A DNA stretch of 64,000 bases from Candidatus Hermodarchaeota archaeon (GCA_016840065.1 JAEOTB010000091.1:54233-118232), one strand, 5' to 3'; numbered from the stretch's first letter, positions 39,144 through 48,587 are shown. The notes: generated by a model not told the origin, from the sequence alone. Made by a program: numbers and translations.

Positions 39144-41120
39144 TTATTTCGCCTCCTGAAAGAGGGCTTCAAGTTGAGCCAGTATCTGTTCAATCGTGAA
39201 GTGTTGAGGAGATATAGCGTTATTAGGACAGGCTGCAGCACATGTACCGCATCCTTTGCAGGCCTCTTCGGTTACTTGAGCGCTGTTATCGACGACATTG
39301 ACAGCACTGTATGGACAGGAAGCTTCACAGCAACCACAACCCGCACAGAGATCCTCGTCCACAATGGCCGCATATGGTTGGAGCATTACTTTACCAGCAG
39401 CCAGCATTGCCAGAGCGCTTGCGGCTGCACCTTTGGCCTGCGCAACAGAATCAGGAATGTCTTTGGGCCCTTGAGCTGCACCGGCGATGAAAATCCCGTC
39501 TGTGTTTGTGTCAACTGGGCGTAGCTTAGGATGGGCTTCTAGGAGGAAACCGTCAGCACTCCGCTGAATTCCTATCGCCCGAGTTACTTTCTCAGCATCA
39601 CTAAACACTTCTAGACCACAGGATAATACGACCATATCTGCTTCCATTTCGATGGGCTGGGCGAGAAGTGTATCTTCTGCACGAACTACTAGTCTATCTG
39701 ATTCGAAGGAGTGGCGGATTTCAGAGACACGACCCCTAACGAAACCGACCCCGTAATCCCTCGCGCTTGACTCGTAGAACTCTTCATACCCCTTACCAAA
39801 GGCACGCAAATCAATGTAAAAGATGGTAACTTCAATATCCGGGTATTTCTCCCTGATCTGGCGTGCTTGCTTAAGCGCCGCCATACAGCAAACCCTTGAG
39901 CAGTAGGGATTGTGGCGTTCACTGCGAGAACCCACACACTGTACATACGCGATGCGCTTCGGCTTCTCCATAGTGGAGGGACGGACTATTTTTCCTTCAG
40001 TGGCACCCGCAGCGCTAAGCATCCGCTCCATCTCCAAGTTAGTCATAACATCTGGGTAAAGTCCGTAACCATACTCGAGCACACGTCGACCATCGAACAA
40101 CTGGAAACCGGTGGCGACTATGATTGCACCCACTTCCAGCTCTAGAATCTCTGTTTCCATCTCGTAATCAATCGCTTCTGCCTCACACTTCTCCTTGCAC
40201 TTACCGCACGCAATCGGGGTCATACCAAGGCAGTGTTCAGTGTCGATGACGTAGGCGTTTGGTACAGCTTGAGCGAATGGGATGTAGATTGCCTTCCTCC
40301 AGCTAAGCCCAGCATTGAATTCATCCGGTACATTGACTGGGCATACTTCCACACAATCATCACAGCTAGTGCACTTGTCCTCAATCACGTAACGTGGTCT
40401 CCGCTCTACCTTCACAGTAAAATTGCCCACGTAGCCCTGCACCTCCTGAACCTCGCTACAGGTCAGAAGCTCAATGTTAGGGTGCTGACCGACTAGGCTC
40501 ATTTTTGGCGTCAAAATACAACTGCTGCAGTCTAGTGTTGGGAAGGTCTTGTCGAGCTTTGCCATATGACCGCCGATGCTGGGTTCCTTCTCGACGAGAT
40601 ACACTTTGTATCCTGCGTCGGCTACATCAAGGGCGGCTTGGATACCAGATATGCCAGCTCCAACCACAAGTACACTCGGATTCACTGGGGATTCTCTCTG
40701 CTCGAGAGGCTGCAACTCTGATGCACGGGCTACCGCCATCCGAACAAGATCTTTAGCTTTGTCAAGGGCGGCGGCTTCTTCGCCGCTGTGAACCCATGAG
40801 CAGTGTTCGCGGATGTTAGCCATATCGAAATAATATACGTTTACGCCCATACTTTCTAGTACCCTGCGAAAGGTTGTCTCATGTAGAGTTGGACTGCAAG
40901 CAGCGACAACGACACGATTCAACCCTGCTTCCCGGATTTTCTCACGAATGAGATCCTGACCAGGGTCTGAGCACATAAAACGATATTCCGTTGCGACAAC
41001 GACATGGGGTAGTGTCTTTGTATATTCGAGCAGTTTAGGGATATCAATGACACCTGCAATGTTAGACCCACAATGACAGATGAAGACACCAATTTTAGGC
41101 TGTTTTTCTGATTCCGCCAT
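39144..41120 (-). CDS. hdrA: Heterodisulfide reductase subunit A
   Basis: GVFICHCG.NI, NIREHCSWVH, GAGISG, KTFPTLDC, CSRVCC, ferredoxin motifs. Confidence 0.96.
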   Translation of the reverse strand: MAESEKQPKIGVFICHCGSNIAGVIDIPKLLEYTKTLPHVVVATEYRFMCSDPGQDLIREKIREAGLNRVVVAACSPTLHETTFRRVLESMGVNVYYFDMANIREHCSWVHSGEEAAALDKAKDLVRMAVARASELQPLEQRESPVNPSVLVVGAGISGIQAALDVADAGYKVYLVEKEPSIGGHMAKLDKTFPTLDCSSCILTPKMSLVGQHPNIELLTCSEVQEVQGYVGNFTVKVERRPRYVIEDKCTSCDDCVEVCPVNVPDEFNAGLSWRKAIYIPFAQAVPNAYVIDTEHCLGMTPIACGKCKEKCEAEAIDYEMETEILELEVGAIIVATGFQLFDGRRVLEYGYGLYPDVMTNLEMERMLSAAGATEGKIVRPSTMEKPKRIAYVQCVGSRSERHNPYCSRVCCMAALKQARQIREKYPDIEVTIFYIDLRAFGKGYEEFYESSARDYGVGFVRGRVSEIRHSFESDRLVVRAEDTLLAQPIEMEADMVVLSCGLEVFSDAEKVTRAIGIQRSADGFLLEAHPKLRPVDTNTDGIFIAGAAQGPKDIPDSVAQAKGAAASALAMLAAGKVMLQPYAAIVDEDLCAGCGCCEASCPYSAVNVVDNSAQVTEEACKGCGTCAAACPNNAISPQHFTIEQILAQLEALFQEAK

Positions 41121-41135
41121 AATGATTGCACACTC

Positions 41136-41693
41136 CTACCTTTTTTCCTGTTTTAGCGCCTCTTGCCCGAGCCTCACACCTTCGTCGAAGGCTCGACGGT
41201 TAAGTTCAACAAAACGCGGAAACGCCTTCGCAATAGCCTTCCGCATAGCATCCGCGCTAACCACCTTGGAGATGGCAGTGAACGCACCCAGCATCACTAC
41301 ATTGGTTACCAGCGCGTTCTTCAGTACCTCACGGGCTGTTGCTGCGGCCGGTATACGGAATATCCGCACCTTCTGTTTAATTTCTCCCGCTTTAACTAGG
41401 TCTGAATCAATAATCGCAATACCCCCCTCCTTCAAATCCGGACTATACTTCACAAAGGCTTCAGTCGATAAAGCCACGAGAATATCAGGAGCAAGCACCA
41501 AAGGATAGTCGATCTGCGTATCCGAAATGACAATCTCTGATTTACAGGCACTCCCCCGAGATTCCGGTCCGTACGATTGAGTCGAAACGGCTTCTTTGCC
41601 GCCATAAATCGAGGCTGCCTCACCAAGAATAACGCCACTCTTTACTATTCCTTGTCCTCCGAGGCCACCGAGACGGATTTCAATTCGAGTCAT
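41136..41693 (-). CDS. korC: 2-oxoacid:ferredoxin oxidoreductase gamma subunit
   Basis: GLGGQG, SYGPESRG, NVVMLGA. Confidence 0.9.
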   Translation of the reverse strand: MTRIEIRLGGLGGQGIVKSGVILGEAASIYGGKEAVSTQSYGPESRGSACKSEIVISDTQIDYPLVLAPDILVALSTEAFVKYSPDLKEGGIAIIDSDLVKAGEIKQKVRIFRIPAAATAREVLKNALVTNVVMLGAFTAISKVVSADAMRKAIAKAFPRFVELNRRAFDEGVRLGQEALKQEKR

Positions 41694-41702
41694 TTTATCA
41701 TA

Positions 41703-42554
41703 TCACCTCTTCTGCAAGCGGGCCTCCAGTTCGGCGAGCCGCTGAGTGAACTCGGGCTTCTCCTCATCTACAAACTCGCCACACACAATCCGAGAACTGT
41801 AATCTATTTCAGCCTTCATAGGGTCAGAAAAGTTCCGGATTACGCTGATTTCCTTGTACAGCTTCAAGGTATCAAGACCCGTCCCAAGCCGGTTGTACCT
41901 CTCATAAAGCGTGGGACACGGCGCAATAGCTTCGATAAAAGAGAAGCCATCCTTCTGAAGAGCCTTCTCAATAGACTTTGTCAAACGCCGCGCATGTAAA
42001 ACCGTCCAACGAGCAATGTAGACTGCACCAGCAGAAGCCGCAAGACTCACCAGATTAAACGGATTCTCTATGTTGCCGTAGCGAGTCGTGCTAGTAATAG
42101 CACCAGTTGGAGAAGTAGGACCCTGTTGGCCGCCAGTCATTCCATAAAGAAAGTTGTTGACGCAGAGGACTAACATGTCGACATTGCGGCGTGCCGCGTG
42201 TAAGAAATGATTTCCCCCAATCGCGAATAAGTCGCCGTCACCACTTATGACCACAGGCTTGAGTTCTGGGTTGGCTACTTTTACACCAGTCGCAAACGCG
42301 ATAGGTCGGCCGTGAGTGGTGTGAAAGCCATCAGCCTCGAAGTAGCCGCTTGCTCTTCCTGTGCATCCGATGCCGCTGACTATTGTTACTTTGTCCATGT
42401 CGTACTGTAGGTTGTCGAGCGCGGTCGCGAAGGCTGTGAGAACAATACCTATTCCGCAGGCAGGGCAGTAGATATGGGGTATGCGGTCTTTCCTGACATA
42501 CTTTGTGATTGGGTGCTCTTCCTGGGTGGCTTTGGGCCGGGTTGTGGTGGTCAT
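41703..42554 (-). CDS. korB: 2-oxoacid:ferredoxin oxidoreductase beta subunit
   Basis: CPACG, SGIGC, HGR, GDGD TPP motif, YGMTGGQ; start placed at ATGA overlap with alpha subunit. Confidence 0.92.
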   Translation of the reverse strand: MTTTTRPKATQEEHPITKYVRKDRIPHIYCPACGIGIVLTAFATALDNLQYDMDKVTIVSGIGCTGRASGYFEADGFHTTHGRPIAFATGVKVANPELKPVVISGDGDLFAIGGNHFLHAARRNVDMLVLCVNNFLYGMTGGQQGPTSPTGAITSTTRYGNIENPFNLVSLAASAGAVYIARWTVLHARRLTKSIEKALQKDGFSFIEAIAPCPTLYERYNRLGTGLDTLKLYKEISVIRNFSDPMKAEIDYSSRIVCGEFVDEEKPEFTQRLAELEARLQKR

Positions 42555-43711
42555 TGGATTCGCCTCCTGATTTCTTTGAGGAGTTGGGACGGTGTGTGGG
42601 GGACGCCGCATGGTCGAGGGATGAAGTGAACGGGGATTTCTCCTCGGATGTGTCGTTCAACCTCGTAGACCAGTTGACCGTAGTTGAGTTCGGCTACGAT
42701 GACTTGTTTGGCGTTGGATGCGGCTTTCTTCAGTTGCTTGCTTGGGAATGGCCAGATTGTTATGGGACGGAATAGGCCTACCTTCAGTCCTTCAGCTCTG
42801 GCATCCTTTACGGCGCGCATGGCGCTTCGTGCTTCGCCGCCGTATGCTAGGAGGAGGACTTCTGCGTCTTCGGTTTCGTAAGTGTCGGCTTGTGTGATTT
42901 TGTCTGCATTCTTCCGGATTTTATCACATAGCCGAGGAATGAGCTCGAGTTGACACTCTGGCGTCATAACTGGATAGCCTCGTTCATCATGAGTCAATCC
43001 TGTCGCGTAGAAGTGATACCCTTCACCAAAACAAGCCATAGGAGGCACCAAGTCCTCGTCAGCCTTGAAGGGAAGATACTCCTCTTTGGGGACAGTGGGT
43101 TTCTTCCGATGCGCAATAACGATCTCGTCTTCAGGAGGGATGACGAGCCGCTCATACATATGACCCACTATTTCGTCCGCGAGGAGGAAGACTGGTGTCC
43201 TGTAAGTTTCTGCAAGGTTGAAGCTCTGAATCGTAAAGTCGAACATCTCTTGGACGGACGAGGGGCACAGGGCGATGATTTCGTAGTCTCCGTGGCTGCC
43301 CCACTTGGCCTGCATTATATCGCCTTGACTGGCTTCTGTGGGCTGCCCAGTGGAGGGTCCCCCGCGCATAACGTTTACAATAACCATTGGCGCCTCAGTC
43401 ATCGCAGCAAGACCAATGGTTTCGTTCATCAGACTAACGCCAGGACCAGAGGTGGCAGTCATCGACTTCAAACCAGTATAAGAAGCGCCGACAACGGCTG
43501 TGCAGGAGGCAATCTCGTCCTCCATCTGAATATATTTCCCGCCGATTCTAGGCATCCGGTATGCCATTCGTTCAGCGACTTCGGTTGCGGGTGTGATTGG
43601 ATAGCCTGCGAAGAATCGGCAGCCTGCGGCAATGGCGCCTTCTGCTGCTGCTATATCGCCTTGGGTAAACATTTCTCCTGTGAGTACCGCCTTGCTAGCC
43701 ATTTTGATCAC
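42551..43711 (-). CDS. korA: 2-oxoacid:ferredoxin oxidoreductase alpha subunit
   Basis: GYPITPATE, QMEDEIAS, ATSGPG, RGGPSTG. Confidence 0.93.
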   Translation of the reverse strand: MIKMASKAVLTGEMFTQGDIAAAEGAIAAGCRFFAGYPITPATEVAERMAYRMPRIGGKYIQMEDEIASCTAVVGASYTGLKSMTATSGPGVSLMNETIGLAAMTEAPMVIVNVMRGGPSTGQPTEASQGDIMQAKWGSHGDYEIIALCPSSVQEMFDFTIQSFNLAETYRTPVFLLADEIVGHMYERLVIPPEDEIVIAHRKKPTVPKEEYLPFKADEDLVPPMACFGEGYHFYATGLTHDERGYPVMTPECQLELIPRLCDKIRKNADKITQADTYETEDAEVLLLAYGGEARSAMRAVKDARAEGLKVGLFRPITIWPFPSKQLKKAASNAKQVIVAELNYGQLVYEVERHIRGEIPVHFIPRPCGVPHTPSQLLKEIRRRIQ

Positions 43712-43986
43712 CTTCTATCGGGATCTCGTTCTTTGACGAAGATAGCGAAGTCCGGGCATACTGCCTCGCAGAGTTTGCATCCGACACAGCGCTCAATCGC
43801 CTTTATCTTTGGTGGGTAGTGACCTTTGGCGTTGAAGGTATCGGATTGTTCCAGTACATCTCGTGGACAGAAGGTATGACAGAAGGCACACCCTTTGCAT
43901 ACTTCTTCTAGGATGATGATATCCCAGGTTTGGACGGTTTCCTTCTCTTGGGTTATTGGTGTCCGTTCGGTTCTGCTTGTCATCAT
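43708..43986 (-). CDS. korD: 2-oxoacid:ferredoxin oxidoreductase delta subunit (2[4Fe-4S] ferredoxin)
   Basis: CKGCAFCHTFCP and CVGCKLCEAVCPDFAI. Confidence 0.9.
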   Translation of the reverse strand: MMTSRTERTPITQEKETVQTWDIIILEEVCKGCAFCHTFCPRDVLEQSDTFNAKGHYPPKIKAIERCVGCKLCEAVCPDFAIFVKERDPDRR

Positions 43987-44876
43987 AGGCTCAACCCAAT
44001 TTTTTCTAGAAAGGGTTCAACTGAAATGTAGTGCTTGTCCAGCCCCATCTCCTGCGGAGTGAATCCTTGGGCTAGTCCGAGCAGTTGAGTATAGTAAAGA
44101 ACTGGAATCTGATAGTCAGTTCCGAATTCTTTGTTCACCTGAACTTGACCGATGTCAAATTGTAGGTGACAGAAATTACATACATTGACAAGGCAATCAA
44201 CCTTGGCTTGCTTTAGTACTTCTAGTTTCTCTCGAGTCATATCCAACGAGACTTTGAGCTCTGCGGACCGCAGTCCGCCACCTGCTCCGCAGCACATGTC
44301 TGCAAGCTTGTAATCGACCACTTCAGCTCCAGTAAGTTTCACTAGCTCGTCGACAATAGTGAATTCTTCAACTGTTCCCCATGGCCTGATGTCGCTGGGT
44401 TTCAACAGATGACAACCTAGGTGGATTGCGCATCGTGCGTTAATTGGTCGGGTGATGGTTTCCTCGATTCTTTCCATTCCAATATCATTATAGAGAGCGT
44501 CAACGAGGTGTACCGCTCTAGAGGTCCCCTTTACCTTTCGCTTAATACCAGCTAGCATTTTATTGACCCGTTCTAGTGTAGCAGGGTCCTGGAGCTCATG
44601 AACACCTGCGATGAGTGTACCATAGCAGCCATTGCAAAGGATCAGCATATCATGCCCGTTCTCCTCAGCTATCGAAATATTACGCGAGACAATCGCTAGC
44701 CATGTATCAATGTCGAAAGACCGCACGACTCCCGGTGCTGGACAGCAGGAGGCGCCTTTCATTTCTTCGATTTTGATTCCTAGTTTTGGCGCGACTAGTC
44801 GGGTGGCTGCTTCGATTTGGGGTAGCCTGTTGGGAATCACGCATCCCAAGAATAGACTGTAGGTATGTTCCTCCAT
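43983..44876 (-). CDS. hdrB: Heterodisulfide reductase subunit B
   Basis: LFLGC, SCCPAPG, CNGC, CCGAGGG, CHLQFD. Confidence 0.95.
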   Translation of the reverse strand: MEEHTYSLFLGCVIPNRLPQIEAATRLVAPKLGIKIEEMKGASCCPAPGVVRSFDIDTWLAIVSRNISIAEENGHDMLILCNGCYGTLIAGVHELQDPATLERVNKMLAGIKRKVKGTSRAVHLVDALYNDIGMERIEETITRPINARCAIHLGCHLLKPSDIRPWGTVEEFTIVDELVKLTGAEVVDYKLADMCCGAGGGLRSAELKVSLDMTREKLEVLKQAKVDCLVNVCNFCHLQFDIGQVQVNKEFGTDYQIPVLYYTQLLGLAQGFTPQEMGLDKHYISVEPFLEKIGLSL

Positions 44877-44877
44877 C

Positions 44878-45414
44878 TTATTCGTCTCCCTCGTACTCGA
44901 CTAACTTGTTGAAGCCTGTTTTCTTAAGGAGTTTCTGTACTTCGCGTAATGCCTTCGGGTAGGAGTGAACGGTTGGTGGGATTGGAGAAAGTCCGAGGCT
45001 CTCCCGGAGCTTACTCCATTTCTCGTCGTCTATGGGAACCGCGTGACCGGTCTTTATGAACTTGTGCGATACCCCTCTATGCCCAGGTTGCATATACCCT
45101 GCCTGAACAGATAGATTCCGAAGGAAAATAATAGCGTCAGTGACTTCGATTTTTCTTGGACATCGTTCTTGGCAGGTACCACAAGTAGTACAAAGCCAAA
45201 GTGTGGGATCAGACAAGACTTCTTCGCGTAACCCCAGTAGCGCCCTTCGTATGAGCTGGCGAGTCCGATAGGCGGTGCGGCGACCCGCAGGGCATGTTGC
45301 GGTACATGTTCCGCATTGGATGCAGGCACGTATTCGGTCGTAGCCTGCTTCTGCCATTTCGTCCGCGAGTTTTTGGTTGAATTTATTCCCGTCGATGAGG
45401 CGGCGGTCAAGCAT
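44878..45414 (-). CDS. hdrC: Heterodisulfide reductase subunit C
   Basis: CIQCGTCTATCP, WLCTTCGTCQERCPR, TGHAVP. Confidence 0.95.
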   Translation of the reverse strand: MLDRRLIDGNKFNQKLADEMAEAGYDRIRACIQCGTCTATCPAGRRTAYRTRQLIRRALLGLREEVLSDPTLWLCTTCGTCQERCPRKIEVTDAIIFLRNLSVQAGYMQPGHRGVSHKFIKTGHAVPIDDEKWSKLRESLGLSPIPPTVHSYPKALREVQKLLKKTGFNKLVEYEGDE

Positions 45415-45577
45415 TCTTATTTCACCTATGTCGAGCAGAATGGCGGCTCTTTACATTTGTAAAGGTTTAAAGGTTTTCCATCTCCTAAGTGGCAGGAGAC
45501 AAGATTAGGTTCTTGTTGGCGGTTCAGAACCTAGCAGCATTGGGTTTTATATTGATGAAGAGAGGTATCAGATACTA

Positions 45578-46309
45578 TTGTTCCATTACCTCACGGAGAT
45601 GACTAGATTGCCATATCCCGTATACGATCCTGTAGAAACAATAATCATTGGCGGATGGTTCGTAATAGTTGGGTATTTTCTCATCCTCTTCTTGTACTTT
45701 GTAGTGTTCAGATATCAAGAGAACCGGAACCTGTTTCACCTGGGGCTTGGAGTGTTTTTCCTGCTGCTTGGTGTTGCACGTGCATTCTTCATGGTCTATG
45801 ATTTCTATAGCGCTCCAACCTCCCTGTGGAAACCCATATGGTGGAAAATTGGCACCTGTATTTCTTGGGCTGCCATTTTTGCAATAATCCTGAGCCTAGC
45901 ATACGTCATTATCGAGGATAAACTATGGCTACAGGTGGTAGTCGCACTCCCACCATTAATCGTGTCAATATTGGTTGCTGTCCTGCCTCCAGTACTAATC
46001 TATCCCTTTGACGGTCAGCCATTACCTCTTGCATACATGATTTTCAACTTTGTACTTCTCCCCATCTACGTTATTGTGCTGCCTCTCTTGTTCTTCGACA
46101 TTGGTCGGAGGCTATCAGGACCATTACGTAGAAGCAATTTTCTGATTGGCGCGGGATTCCTGATGTATTATCTAGGACGTGTCCTCCAGTCAGGAACGGT
46201 GGTAGCAATCCTTAACACATACGTGCTTGGTCTTGGCATTACTATAGCTCCACTATTCGTATTCTTCGCACTGATACTCATCGCACTTGGCGTCTTATCG
46301 GAGAAATAA
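45578..46309 (+). CDS. Multi-pass (about 7 TM) membrane protein of unknown function
   Basis: Seven hydrophobic segments over 243 aa. Confidence 0.7.
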   Translation: MFHYLTEMTRLPYPVYDPVETIIIGGWFVIVGYFLILFLYFVVFRYQENRNLFHLGLGVFFLLLGVARAFFMVYDFYSAPTSLWKPIWWKIGTCISWAAIFAIILSLAYVIIEDKLWLQVVVALPPLIVSILVAVLPPVLIYPFDGQPLPLAYMIFNFVLLPIYVIVLPLLFFDIGRRLSGPLRRSNFLIGAGFLMYYLGRVLQSGTVVAILNTYVLGLGITIAPLFVFFALILIALGVLSEK

Positions 46310-46350
46310 CAATAGCTAGCTTGTATGGAAAGATTGGTTCCAGAAGAACG

Positions 46351-46956
46351 TTAATTGTACTCGATAAGACCGAGTTTGTTTAGTTTGTGGAGGATTGCTT
46401 CTACGTCGTGCTGGAGCATCTCTACAATCAGGGCAATCTGTTCTGGGGTTTGATTTCCATTGCACTGGTATGCTATACGATACTCCACTTCGGTAATCTG
46501 ACCAATCTTAACCATAAGCCGGGGCAGCTTACGTTTCAATCGAGGAGTTGGAATCGCTGTTTCGCCAATACACCCGTTCTTCAGTAGTTGATTGAGTTCA
46601 GCAACAAAAGAGAAGAACACAAGCTTGCCATCCCAGTCTCTAAGAACCGCTTTGAATTGCTTCGTGAAGTTTTCAATAATCTTCTCGAGTGCGTTTAGAA
46701 CTTGTAGACGATTATCTGTTTTATCGACGACAGCGGCTACTGACGCATACTCACCAGCAGCGAATGTGATGAAAAAGTCGCCCATTTCTATCACTCGCAC
46801 TTCGCCTTTCCCGCCTGAAAGCATTTTTGCGAATTCACGGATGGCGCTGAAGAAACCTGAGACCAGTAGGGGATCTAGTTCGAGTTCGCCAAACCTATGT
46901 TCGAGGAGACATAAACCGCCAGGATGCATCACATAAACTACGTGTATCAAAACCAA
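46351..46956 (-). CDS. Longin-like domain protein with C-terminal wHTH
   Basis: GLCL...F...DPLLVSGFFSAIREF pattern recalled from Asgard longin-like proteins; C-terminal CNG..TPEQIA...ILHKL.KLGLI. Confidence 0.6.
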   Translation of the reverse strand: MVLIHVVYVMHPGGLCLLEHRFGELELDPLLVSGFFSAIREFAKMLSGGKGEVRVIEMGDFFITFAAGEYASVAAVVDKTDNRLQVLNALEKIIENFTKQFKAVLRDWDGKLVFFSFVAELNQLLKNGCIGETAIPTPRLKRKLPRLMVKIGQITEVEYRIAYQCNGNQTPEQIALIVEMLQHDVEAILHKLNKLGLIEYN

Positions 46957-47034
46957 CGCCTCGAAGCCTGATTTTACTACAGAGGAATAGTGAAATCGCT
47001 GTCAAAAAGGTAACTATTCTTTGGAATTATGGAG

Positions 47035-47230
47035 TGGTGCGGGGGGAGGGATGTTCGGAACCCACCAAGCGGGCTCTTTCGAACCCTCGAACCGCTTCCG
47101 GACAGGATTTCTCCTTGGGCAAGAGATCTTGAGTGTCACCATCGACCAGAAAACTGGGCGATTCCTGCGCCTTTAACCAGGCTTGGCTAAAGGGTCTAGC
47201 GAGCCAAAGTGACGCACTAGAAACCCCCGC
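47035..47230 (-). tRNA. tRNA-Leu(CAA) with four predicted introns (8/9: 47189-47222; 30/31: 47135-47163; 37/38: 47109-47127; 59/60: 47052-47077)
   Basis: Removing the four hairpin inserts gives GCGGGGGTAGCCAAGCCTGGTTAAAGGCGCAGGACTCAAGATCCTGTCCGGAAGCGGTTCGAGGGTTCGAATCCCTCCCCCCGCACCA, an 88-nt archaeal tRNA-Leu. Confidence 0.88.
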
Positions 47231-47425
47231 CGCCTTGTTCTTTGGCAGCAGACCCGTAAACGGGCCCCCGCACGGGGACGAATGAGAAAGAGAAATGTGT
47301 TGCTTAAAACTGCTTCGGGTAAGAAAAAAGGCTCATTGATTTGAGGAAGCGGCTGCGCCAACTAAACATCTTTATAGATGAAAGCTAAAATCACGAAACA
47401 TATCTTTTAAGCGGAGATGTACTAA

Positions 47426-47809
47426 TTGACCAAAATCCCATCTGACCTTCGCTATACCAAGGAGCACGAATGGATACGTCCAGAGGACGGAACCGTCCGT
47501 GTAGGTATCACTGATTTTGCGCAAGAACAACTGCATGAAATCGTAATGGTTGAACTTCCATCTGTTGGCACAAAAGTCAAAGTAGACGAGAAATTCGGTA
47601 CTGTGGACTCGGTTAAAGCCACATCTGATCTCTTTGCCCCAATTGCCGGTGAAATCGTCGCCGCCAACGAGGCACTTGAAGAAGCACCCGAGCTGGTCAA
47701 CAACGATCCCTACGGTGAAGGCTGGATGATAGTCATCAAGCCAGCAGATCCTAAAGCCGTTGACAATCTACTCACACCTGAGGCTTACGAGAAAATCGCC
47801 AAAGAATAA
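47426..47809 (+). CDS. gcvH: Glycine cleavage system H protein
   Basis: YTKEHEW, GITDFAQ, DSVKA lipoyl-Lys, DPYGEGW. Confidence 0.96.
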   Translation: MTKIPSDLRYTKEHEWIRPEDGTVRVGITDFAQEQLHEIVMVELPSVGTKVKVDEKFGTVDSVKATSDLFAPIAGEIVAANEALEEAPELVNNDPYGEGWMIVIKPADPKAVDNLLTPEAYEKIAKE

Positions 47810-47912
47810 ACACCCAGCTGAAGGTTCTTGATTCAAGGAACCAGCTAACCACCACTATCCACTATCGACAGAGCGCTAGCGACGTTAACGAGTTTATATC
47901 CTCAATTCTGAA

Positions 47913-48185
47913 GTGTACTTGTGGGTATCTTTGGTGATTTACATACAAGATTTTCCCTTTGACGCATTGTTCACTCAAATCGAGGTCTACCTAAGAAGCG
48001 GCTGGAACATCATTATTACCGTAGGTAGCTTCGCCTCTGCAATACTGATCGCCCTAGGGCTCATCTACTGGTTCAGCGGATTCGAAGAGCACAAGGGCCG
48101 CAAGATGGTAATAGGAGGCGTCATACTCTTCATAGCAATGCAATGGCTCGCTTTTAATCCACCCTGGCAACTCTTCCAACTCTAA
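47913..48185 (+). CDS. Small two-TM protein, TrbC/VirB2 pilin- or CedA1-like
   Basis: ILIALGLIYWFSG....KGRKMVIGGVIL hairpin pattern. Confidence 0.5.
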   Translation: MYLWVSLVIYIQDFPFDALFTQIEVYLRSGWNIIITVGSFASAILIALGLIYWFSGFEEHKGRKMVIGGVILFIAMQWLAFNPPWQLFQL

Positions 48186-48278
48186 TTTCCTGCTCGAAGA
48201 GATTCCTTGAGGGAAAACACGGCTTCCAAGAATTTTACGCCAAATGCCAGAGCTAGTCGACGAGGAATGAGAAGATTA

Positions 48279-48587
48279 TCACGAGCCCACTATAGTCTCG
48301 ATTCGCGCCTCCGTCTCCAAGCAGAGGTTGACCAAATCCTCAAAGGCTAACTTCTCATAGCCTGCACACTCTTTCATTCTCAACCGAGCAGCGATAGCTG
48401 TATTTCGCAGAGATTCTCGAAGCGCATCATCAACCCCCATCCCCAAAGTCATCAATTGAAGAGCCTGCTCGACCACTGATAAAGCAAGACGTCGTGCTTT
48501 TCCACGCGAATGCTCCACCAACCGACAAAGAAAAGCCCGGATAACCATGCCAGGATCATCCATTTCTGAATAACGCTTCATAAACAC
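48279..48587 (-). CDS. Hypothetical helical protein
   Basis: 102-aa ORF filling intergenic space; no motif. Confidence 0.45.
   Translation of the reverse strand: MFMKRYSEMDDPGMVIRAFLCRLVEHSRGKARRLALSVVEQALQLMTLGMGVDDALRESLRNTAIAARLRMKECAGYEKLAFEDLVNLCLETEARIETIVGS

Noticed and set aside
36361-41120. Selenocysteine in HdrA, MvhD or MvhA
   Set aside because: All three ORFs are uninterrupted with Cys at the relevant motifs (TLDC, GCHPGDCHY, DPCLSC); no in-frame TGA
42950-43819. 289-aa plus-strand ORF and many other antisense or alternate-frame ORFs (e.g. 15656-16288, 60229-60708, 60679-61260)
   Set aside because: Shadows of well-supported genes; long open frames are expected where skew depletes stop codons
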